A stretch of DNA of 57,724 bases from Catajapyx aquilonaris (taxonomy: Eukaryota): the NCBI GenBank assembly GCA_000934665.2, contig KZ538630.1, positions 1 to 57,724 on the forward strand, in the 5' to 3' direction. Below, piece after piece: positions 1-9,900 of the stretch (the stretch's first letter is position 1; each line of letters starts with the position of its first letter). The position numbers and the translations under genes were made by a program. The notes below the pieces were generated by a model that was not told the DNA's origin, did not search any database, and worked only from the letters and a program-made list of their open reading frames with translations.

Positions 1-436
1 GACGTTGAACTTGGCCGTATTTCAGATCTCACCACTTTTGACGGCCAAGCAGTCAGGAGAACTTGGCCTTTTTTACAGAAAGGTTTTTGGTGGGATAATG
101 TTTTTGGTACAATATGGAAAATACGGTATCAATGGAATACGATACCTGCATCACCATCTGGTACCGCACCAGGCTGGATTATAAATATTTAAACTATTAT
201 ATAACTAGAAATGAACTATAACTCACACATAATGAATCTAGTGTAATCTGATTTTTTAAATTCTGCTTGATTAGTAATATAATTATATCAGTTTGGCGCC
301 AAAATCTGGTCTGGCAACAGTGTTCGATCGAGCAAATGGGGAAAAAAAGTATGGAATCATCTCCCGCCTTCCGGAGTCGAGTTCTTTTCATTCCGGACAA
401 GTTTGGCGACCCCGGGACCTCCAACGGGGCAGCCAA

Positions 437-464
437 AGGTCATCGCCAGGTCAGGAAAAGGTCA
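437..464 (+). promoter_or_regulatory. Candidate nuclear-receptor response element: three AGGTCA half-sites, DR5+DR5
   Basis: AGGTCA(437-442)-TCGCC-AGGTCA(448-453)-GGAAA-AGGTCA(459-464): three perfect half-sites with equal 5-nt spacers. Function is inferred only. Confidence 0.4.
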
Positions 465-911
465 GTGGCATTGTACATGCTCGAGGCCGGGTCTGCTGGG
501 GTTGCCGAATAAAACCTATTTCCAGAAGGGTTGGTTGACGGCTAATGGAAATAAAAAAGGGGACACTAGGACTTGCTTTTTTGGGGACATTTTTTGGTGG
601 GGGGGATGGTCTCGCTCTATTTGAGAACAAGTCAAAGTGCACTTTTCATGTACAATTCAGTACAGTATGTGTAGCAGGCGGTCTCAGAGACGATGGAAGT
701 GTCGTAGGCTGTATCCGTCACAAAATATGAAAGAAAAAGCCTCCCGAGCCCTTCATACCTAAAAAGCCATTCTATGGCTCTGAGGCTGTCGACACAACTT
801 GTACATAAAGTACACTGGAAGTTTGTCTGGTCTTATGAAACATGACATTTAGGCTATCTGAAGACGTCATAAAAGTGTCATAATTGCTTGTATATAACAT
901 GGGTCTGGATT

Positions 912-934
912 CACACACACACACACACACACAC
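912..934. repeat. (CA)n microsatellite
   Basis: Uninterrupted CA run of about 11 units. Confidence 0.9.
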
Positions 935-1119
935 AAAAAGGTGCAACTTCTTATACGAGTTTTTTTAAAGGCTCAGGAAATGGTGTAGGGTTTAAGGACC
1001 CCGCAAACAGTTGCAAATAATCATGCCATCATTTTGTGCAAATTCGTATAGCTTTAGAACTCACAACAGTTACTTTTAATGGTTATCAAAAGTGTTAGCT
1101 GTTATTATTAGACCCAGCC

Positions 1120-1201
1120 AGTTGACTCCGGATATAATAGACTTCATGGTACCGCTGCAAAAGTATGTTATAACCGAGGTCTGTTATATCTGGAGTCAAC
1201 T
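1120..1201. mobile_element. Small MITE remnant, pogo/Tigger-like termini
   Basis: AGTTGACTCCGGATATAATAGAC (1120-1142) is inverted at 1179-1201 (21/23 match). Internal GTTATAACCGAG sub-repeat. No clean TA TSD. Confidence 0.5.
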
Positions 1202-2254
1202 AAGATCTGAAGTGCAAAGTATTTCCCGATTTATTTCCATTGGAGCAAATGGCATCACGTCAATAATGACAGTACCAACTTTGCCATGTCTGAATAAGTT
1301 ATCCAGCTGATTAACTGGCTGTGCTAACAGTGAAGGGGACTGGTCCTGATCGGAAAGGGCTTCGTTAACCCGCAGGCTGCGGGGATATTTGCACACATCT
1401 GCGCTCCCCGTTTTCAACCCTCAGTGGTTTTCTAATCAAGTGACCCGGCCTTCTTGGCACATAATCTAACGAGCAGAGTCGGTGGTCTGCTGCAAGATCA
1501 CACCGAGTAATGAGCAATTAGCAAAAACCGCGACTGAATAAACCACTGGATGGAGAGGGCGTCTACCAGGAAGAGACAGACGTTGTTTTTTTTGTAAAAA
1601 AAAATCAGAACAGTCTATGTATACCAGAGCATTTTTTCTTGTTGTTGTCTCTCTGGCAGAGGCCGCCATAAAGTGGTAAACAAAAAGGGGAAAAGCCCAA
1701 ACGAATAGCGTCATGTACGTCTCTGGAAGTCTGGCTAAAGTCAGAGGCTTGGAATAAAAGAAAAGCATTGGCAGCTATTTGCGGACCATGACGCGATTAT
1801 TTTTTTTGTGCAAATTTTTTTTTTCGTAACTCGCCCACTCTCTTTATCAACATTTAGCGAAACGTCAAGTGCCTGATAATATTATCTGTGTGTCCGGCCT
1901 GGTAAATGTAACACTGGGTTTGCTTATTCATGTCATGTGCACCGCCTGTATGTGACATCTCCAGTAAAAAAATTACATGTTTAATGTATGTCCTGCCCCC
2001 GAGGATTCTCCTGCAATTTTTTTCCCCCCTCTCCTCCTGAACCATTGTCTTTCATTTTCGTATTGACCTAAAAGTAGGGGGGAGTTCGCAAGGGTGCCTT
2101 TCATTTCCATCCCCCAACTGGTCGGGCTCTTTGTTGCTAATCCCTGTCTGGAAATTGGCCGTTGTTGCCTCCATCAGCCATTAATTGCGTCGCTAACTAC
2201 AAACGCGCACTGCAAATGATGTGCGTGTCCTTCTCAAATATTGTGACTCCCCTA

Positions 2255-2584
2255 CTATTATGCGATTCACGAGTCCTGGCCTGTTAGGCTCCACCCACCT
2301 CCTCCCAACGTCAGCAGCGAAAGAAATCAGTGCTCGTGATTCTCGCGAGTAGGAGCCATTGGTGCGGGGTTCGGTCTCAACAAGGGATAGGGGGTTCGTC
2401 GTATTTCCAGGCCTGGTTGTCCCCCCNCCCCCCCCCAATGCGATCCACTGCTGCCAAGTGCTCTCCCCCATCCTCCTGGCAGGCGTGTGAGGCCATGGCG
2501 GACGCGGACGTGGCAACCTCGCCTTCAGAGGGCGGAGGACGGGGGAGGAGCCTAACAGGCCAGGACTCGTGAATCGCATAATAG
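2255..2584. repeat. Perfect 38-bp inverted repeat with 254-nt spacer
   Basis: CTATTATGCGATTCACGAGTCCTGGCCTGTTAGGCTCC (2255-2292) is the exact reverse complement of 2547-2584. Imperfect pairing extends about 13 nt inward. Confidence 0.92.
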
Positions 2585-4493
2585 ATGGAAGTGGTGTCTG
2601 AGTGTGGACCTGTTGGGAGGGCTTTTGTGTGAGAGTCGTGAAACGGCCCGGCTCTGCTGTGGACCACGACCCTGAGTGACCTTGCGGGGTCAGGAGTGAG
2701 GCCCTGAGGAGGTCACCATCTTACAATACATGTTTGGAAGCAATTTGGACAAGACACGTCAGCTTTGTCATCCAAACTGTTATCATCAACCAAAAATTGG
2801 CAGCATGTGAACTATTCTATTGTTCCTGTTGACAACATTCTGTCACTCTAGGTGCCGTCACGCCTTTACATACCAACACTTGTTATGCAAGTGCCAGAGA
2901 TCGCTTCTTTATTTTTGCAACCTTGAGCTTGTGCAGACTTCTGAAAGATCGACTTGCACCGGATGAGACACATGTGTAACCTTTGTACCTTGCATTGTCT
3001 TCAAGTTTATCAGTGAGGACTGTCCGAAATGAAGTTAGCAAATGGTGACAAACCCCGGGGCGCATTTACCCCTGGAGGTCTTATTCCCCTGTTTGGGTGC
3101 GATTGATTATCACCCGGGCTTCCCTTTTCCCATCCCTCACAGAGTTTCGGGTCGTCATGGCGACCAAAATGCTCTCGCAGAATTTGATTTTGAATGGATG
3201 GGGGTGGCTCTCCAAAAATAAGGTGGGGGAGAGAGAGAGAGACCCATTGGAGTTATATTGTTCACAGACTAAATCGACCATAAAAAGAGAGCCGGCAGAA
3301 GTGGGGGAAAGATTGAATTTTTGTGTGTCGCTGATAGTTTTTTGATGGTGATAAGTGACTATTTTTTTTCTCCACGCCCCCCTTTTTTTTTGCAAGGTCT
3401 AGGCCACCGGTTTTATGGGACATGAAACCCTGATTATCATGTCTATAGGGGGGGTGGGATAGGTCGCATTACTATACTAGTGCTGGTGCGTGCGTGCTTT
3501 ATATCCGGACACTTTGCAAAAATTTAATTACTGGAGGTTGTTAACCTCCTCGTATAAGGTCACCTTTCCCCCTAATTGCGACAGGAGTTTCGGACCAGAC
3601 TGTACATCGATCTGAATTAATAAAAGTAACGCGATATGGACTCCCAGAAACAAAAAAAATTTCCCTCCGATGTAATCCTATATCGCACTTCTATATGTCA
3701 GGTTGGGCCATAATCCAATATATTTGGAGCTGGTTGTGTTTTCACTCCATTTTCGTTCCGGGGAGCGAGGGAGTTCGCACCTTTTCCGAGAATGTTGCGA
3801 GGGACATATACGGGGGGAAAAAAAACCCGCACTTTCACCACACAGTGTCAGCAAAGAGTAGTCAAAGACTTCATTCAGGTCCGAGAACTGGAGCGCGAAG
3901 GAAACGACTTCTTTATGGGTATAAAATGTTAGCAAAAAAAAATGTGTAAACTGTGCGTTCAAGTGGCGTTTCAGACAAAAAAAAAATTGTGCATGGCAGC
4001 CAACCATGACAGACGGAGGTTTTAAATTGATATAGTGCAAAATGTGCTCATCGCGGTGGAGATAAACTTGTTCTGACAGCTGCGATTGGGTTTCCAGGGA
4101 ATTTCAGAGAAACCTGGGCGCAATGGGACCAATTTCAGCAAGGCACGTCAGGGACGCTTTGGAATTCTCTCTAGCACAATACAATGGCAGGAATGCTTTT
4201 TTTTGGTATTATCGCGCTGGAGTTAACAGACACCGACGTCACAAGACATGAACTTTTTTGGGAATCGAGGGGAAAAAAAGATACTCGAGGGAAAAATTCC
4301 ACCCACGCCGTAGTATTTCAACCCCGTCTGCCGTTTGGCAGATCCAAAATACTTGGCCCACTTGGCTAATTTTAATCCTTGGCATTCTGGATTGGGGCGT
4401 GGTTCGATTCACAGTCAAAAGAGACGCTTACATCACTCGAGGGACAATTTGGGGAGGGAATTATTTTTGAGAGTTAGATCTTATATAGCTCAC

Positions 4494-4554
4494 CTATTTG
4501 GTATTGGGACAGTCTGTTGTAGGTGGACTTCTTCTTGCTGGCAGCGCACCCCAT
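4494..4554 (-). CDS. First coding exon of an unidentified gene (MGCAASKKKSTYNRLSQYQI), predicted N-myristoylated/S-palmitoylated protein; downstream exons not resolved
   Basis: CAAACA-ATG arthropod start context at 4554; 20 codons plus 1 nt, then donor AG|GTGAGC at 4493. MGxxxS motif with Cys3 and a KKK basic patch. Upstream acceptor CTCCAG near 4621 and GTAAG donors near 4904-4913 suggest spliced 5' UTR exons. Confidence 0.65.
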
Positions 4555-5317
4555 TGTTTGGTTGAGGATGACTTTTGGTCAATGGCCGCTGGTGGTGGTC
4601 AGGTGGATGTCGTCAGCAACCTGGAGGCCAGAGCATGGTGTTGTCGACATGACAGGGCCCGTCGGTTTGGTGGTTGGAAGCAGTGTGTTGGGGGATGGGG
4701 GTATGGACGAAGAGGAGGGTGGGGGAGAGAGAGATGAAGAGGGGAGATGGAAAGAGGAGGGGTGGATTCTGTGCCTGCGCGGTGGCTCGGAAGCTCCAGC
4801 ATCAGCTTTTGTGACTCATGACGACGTATACGCACACCCCCATGGGCTTCGGCAGACAAGGGTTGTCCGCCGAAACATCTGGGTTTTGGGAGATAAACGC
4901 TTACCGCACTTACAACACGACGTGGAATAAGGTCCCTGCTGTACAGTACACATGTAATGAAGCTGTACTGTAGGCATCATATTACATTACTTGATGTTTA
5001 CAGTCGTGCATTTGCATTGAAGTTGGTTAATGGAGTCTTGTTTCATGCCGGATTTTAGCTACAGCGACCCCTGCTGACCGCGGTGTCTGGTGTCAACAGT
5101 GTTCCTGGCAGCAGCCACCAGGACTAGCTGATTGATTGATGGATTAATTTTGCGACCACTGGGGGCGGCTGTTGCACAATAAATAGGTGCCAATAGCGGT
5201 CAACCATGCAAGCATACGTGGTCAACAGCTCGTACGTCTTCGGCATGTGTACAGAATCGTTTGGTGACCTGAAATTATTGAATTTACCCAGAACGGCAAA
5301 CTGATAGGGTAAATATA

Positions 5318-5417
5318 CAGGGTGACCCATAAGTCTGGACACATATTGTATAGGTAATTCCAGGATTCCAGTCGTCAACCAACAATATGTATAGGTCCAG
5401 ACTTTTGGGTGACCCTG
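5318..5417. mobile_element. 100-bp Tc1/mariner-type MITE
   Basis: TA|CAGGGTGACCCATAAGTCTGGAC ... GTCCAGACTTTTGGGTGACCCTG|TA: 23-bp TIRs (2 mismatches) and TA target-site duplication. Confidence 0.85.
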
Positions 5418-6412
5418 TATAGAGCGCAGTTCCAGCGGTCGAATAAGCAAGACATTTTGTCCGGAAAATTCAGGAAGCCATATTCACCGACGCTGGCAAC
5501 TTCCATTGCTTCGTCCCAAGATGACTTTTCTTTCTTCCCAGCCACGAAAAACTGACTTTATACTGTATAACTTTAATAATAACGAAGGCTTGGGTAAACT
5601 TTAGAGAAAATTGTTTCTTACCATGTAAAATGAAAGTTTCTTTTTTCCAAGTTCCATGGTATATACCATACATAGTTCTGCTGAAAAAACTATTGCAAAA
5701 TTTTTTTTGGAGGGATTTGCATCGAAATAAGATCGATTCGAACCTCGGCGGGGCTTCTCATCCTTGGAGACTCCGGCTTGAAAAGGGGGATTTTTCGCCA
5801 TATAGGGTTCTTGTTACATTCAGATTCGCATTCCTAAGCCAAGCCACGTTCCCACTGGGCTAAAATTGAAAAAAGGGGCGGGGCACACTATTTTTCTTTT
5901 TTTATTTCCTTTTGACTTCTTCCCCAGCTCACAGATCGTTCATCCTCATTTTCGAGCTTCCGAAGGATTGAAACCGTTGAAACGTTTTTCTGATCCAATT
6001 TCATTAGACATCATCTCTCAGGTCGCGCTGCATGGACGGTGCATATGTCAGTGAGGCGTCACTATATGTACTGTAGCATGAAGGTCATCCTATTATCGGT
6101 CGGGGGCAACCCTAATGGAGCGTTAAGAGTCTGCCCGGATCCATTTGCGATTCAAAGAGCGTCCGATCGAGATGCTCGACACCTGCCAAGTTTGCTCATA
6201 GCCGAGCCAATCTCTGTAATTGACTCTATATGAGAGGGCAATGAAAAGTATTCCATGTAATTGATGGCAATGGCGTAGGCATGTGAAGAAAGATTTATCC
6301 TGGAGAAAATTGCCACCACCCTTTGCTCATTACTGTAATATCAAAATATAACTAAGTTACAGTCTAATAGTCGTCAGTAAAAGATATGTAAATTCTCTTT
6401 TCAGATACGAAC

Positions 6413-6418
6413 TTTATT
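6413..6418 (-). promoter_or_regulatory. Candidate polyadenylation signal of NT1
   Basis: AATAAA on the minus strand about 560 nt downstream of the NT1 stop codon. Confidence 0.45.
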
Positions 6419-6973
6419 GCACATATACGATATGGAAACAGACTAGCTCATACTTTAATTAAAACTGAGTTTTACTGCGTCGAAAACTGGCTTTGGAATA
6501 AAATTATCAACGAGGACACACAACGAGTAGTAAATAATGATATACATAAATATATATAAGATTGTTAGAAGGCAGGCGATTGTTATTAGTAAGCGGACAA
6601 CTGGCGGGGAATACAGCGATTAGTGAGATCATGTCCAACAAAATAATTTATAACGCACAGGGTATTACAACGACGGGAATTCCTGAGCACATGTAGTTTT
6701 ACAACTTAACAGTGTATAGAAATGATATGTCAAAAAAGATTTCGGACAATGGCATTCTGGCTATATACGATCATCAGTAAGATTATTAGGAAACAACTCT
6801 TCACCTTGATAAAGTGCTGATGGTTGTATAGCGCCAGATTGCTCTTATTGGCCCGGAACCTTTCTCGACGGATAATATCCTGTTCTCTTGACGTTATAGG
6901 AAGTGCGCACTCAAACAGATGCGCACTCTCACCTTAAGGTCAATGCAGATGTCACGAACTGAAAAGCCGTCGG

Positions 6974-9900
6974 TCAATTGACTCTCCATAAAAGGTCGCG
7001 TGGGGATCTGCTCAATGGAAAGTAGAGGCTGCTGCTATTGGACGTCTTGAACGGGAAGTAGTGGTACGAGTGGTAGTAGAAATGCGGGGTGGCTGTGTCG
7101 ACGGTGCCGATCGTCGACGTTTCGGGTCGTCTGAACGCGTACTTCTTCCTCCTGTCCGGCCTCCTGAAGGCCTCCTGCTTGGAGGTGCCAGCTCCCTCCT
7201 TGTGCGACCTTCTTCGAAACTGATGCTGCTGGCTCTTGGCCATCATCTCTTCTTGGACTCGAGGACTCCTGGAGCTGAACCGGAACTCTCCGGGCATGTT
7301 GTAGCACTTGCAGATGCAGCAGGAAGGGAACTTGAACCAGTCGGAGAAGATGCCTCGACATTCGTTGCTGGGGTCAAAGGCCAACAGACGGTGCAGACGA
7401 TACTGCTGCTCGCATCGGCATCCGTCGCGGCAGTACATCTGACGGTGCTCGTACCTGAAGTCGGCATTAGTACAGTCATTTTATGCAAATGGTAACCAAA
7501 GAACGACATGACGTCACGTTCAGCCTTCTCCCGAATCTCTCTGCAATCATACTAACTGCGCATGCTCAGAAGACACGGCTGGTGTGACGTCAGATCGTTC
7601 TTTGGCTTTTTTTTTACTTACGTGCATTTTTCCCAGTGGACATACTGCTCGAAGGGGTACAGGTTGAGCAAGGCCAGGACTTCACCTCTGGTGTTGTTGG
7701 CCCAGTATGGCGCCACTACCTCCTCTTTGACTGGACACGCATTTCTGTAGAAGGGAAAGATCAGTATAGTCATATTGTGGGCGTTCAGTAAGGGAGTATG
7801 ACACGACTTGCATTCCTCTGGCTGGATATCCGGGCTGCTCTTGGTACTGGGCCTCGGTGGTGACGTCCTGGAACAACTCGGGTCTGGAGATGTCGTACTT
7901 GAACTTTTCCTCGCCGCCTCCGAATGTGGTTCCAGGCGCCTCTGTGGTGGTGCTGGTGGTTGTTGATGGCGATGGGGCTGTCGAAGTGGTGGTGGTGGTT
8001 GGTGCCTCTTCGGGAACCACGGTGGCTCCTGTGGTCGGAATGGTGGACGGCAGTTGAGGGATGGTGTTGGACTCCTCTTCGGAGCCTTCGTCGCTGGTGG
8101 TCGGTGCGGGGGTGGTCGTAGTGGTTGTCGTGGTGCTGGTTGTGGTTGTGGAAGGCTGTTTGGTGGTGGGCGGGCTGGTCGTGGTTGGACTGGTGGTGGT
8201 CAGCGGGGACAGGCTTGGCTCGGGCCTCAGTCCTAGTGGATCAATGTCGTTGCCTCTCGCGCTGTCTGGGACCATGTTGATGTCGTTGGTTTCGAACTCT
8301 GCCCTCAGTACAGCTATGTGTCTTACTTCACCGTACATTCTCCTCATCAGGGCTTGATTCTCGTACACGAAGCGCCGAACGGCATGCCTGATGGGGAAAT
8401 GGCGTATACATCAATCAGCAAGTGCTTCGTAACTATTCAGAGACACTCCTTGCAAGTTTGTGTCTGAATATATCATCGTGAAACACCTAATAAATTCAGT
8501 ATACACTCACCAAGGGTAAGCACTTCCTGGCACTGCGCACCAAGAGTCTGATTTGAAGTCGCATGGTAGATCCTGGTGCATCCTGGGATGTTTGTGTATG
8601 GGACGAGCGCAGGTCATGTATTCGTCGTAGGAATCTGCGCACGTCCACAGAACGGCTGCTAGAAGCACAATCTGCCAGAAAAAAAGCGAATTAAATACAT
8701 TTGCATATTGATAGGCGTATGTGATGAAATTGAAATTTATTATTGTTGAGAAAATAACAAATATTCCAGGGGGCACCCGGGTTTGAACCGGGGACCTCTC
8801 GATCTGCAGTCGAATGCTCTACCACTGAGCTATACCCCCCTGCACATATATGAACTTTTCGTCGATACGCGTTTATTGGTGGAAAGATGAAAATTTGAAT
8901 AACTGTACATTACATGTAAAAGGAGAGAAAATAATTGGCTTGAATCGAGCGCCGTCAACAATTGCATTGGACCTATTTTTATATGGAACACGATGAATAA
9001 TATATTGTATGTTATGTGTTGTTTACTGACAACAGTGTGACAGCAGCGATTTCAGGTTATATCTGCAAAAATATCAATTTCTGTTAGATCACGGAATATC
9101 ATATCTTTTGGGGAAGTTTACCTGCTTCAAGTCCCGTCAAGAATCGTTGTAAATGGCTTTACACTATATACCTAATTTTTCTTAACAAACATTTTATTGG
9201 CGTGTCTCTATATGTCTAATCGCAGTCCAACGGGTTTATTGCATTTTTGCTGTAATTTGGGGGGTAGAAGATGGTGGGTGGAGAGGTGAGCGGGGGGTGA
9301 GAGCCTTTGATATCTGGACCGGATATATTGGAAATTGCTTTTCTTAGAAAGCCTGGAAAAAGTTGCTTCGAGGGATCTTTCCCATCAGTTAGTGGGCGGA
9401 GAATATGCCATTTCTATGGCTGTAGTGCACTCTCATGTTCACTATCACTGAAATTACATTGCCGAGTACTTTATTTGATAACAGGGTGGTGCAATTGATG
9501 CCAAGTTCAAAACGGGGTTAGCGGAAGATGTTGTTTATCCTAGCAACCAGTTGGAAAGAGACAACCTGTGCCACATTCACTGCTGGAGTAAGCAATTCAT
9601 AACTCATTTCGACCTTAGCTTATTAGCTACATTTCTCTAATCCGCGAATTGTTCCCACAGTTCCTTTGTACGCGTGCCATCCCCTTGAACTTGGATTTCA
9701 TATCCACTCTCTAGCAAATATTATTGCAGGAACTGGCAAAGGAGCGAAAAGGCTTTCCTATTCTATATACCTCTGCCCCCGGCAGCTCAAGAGTTGCAAT
9801 CAATTGAGATGTCACAAACCGTGACTTTTCCCTGAGCCTTCCTTTCCCCCCCCNCCCCCCTTCCCGTCAAATTTTTTTTTTTGAAGACGTCTAGAATGCG

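Noticed and set aside
7857..8357. Plus-strand Val/Trp-rich ORFs that look like membrane proteins
   Set aside because: They are antisense shadows of the Thr-rich (ACC/ACA) NT1 exon.
8507..8776. ORF start MPPGIFV... as the NT1 N-terminus
   Set aside because: It starts at a GTG inside the tRNA-Cys gene and runs through a polypyrimidine tract and acceptor. The true exon begins at 8671.
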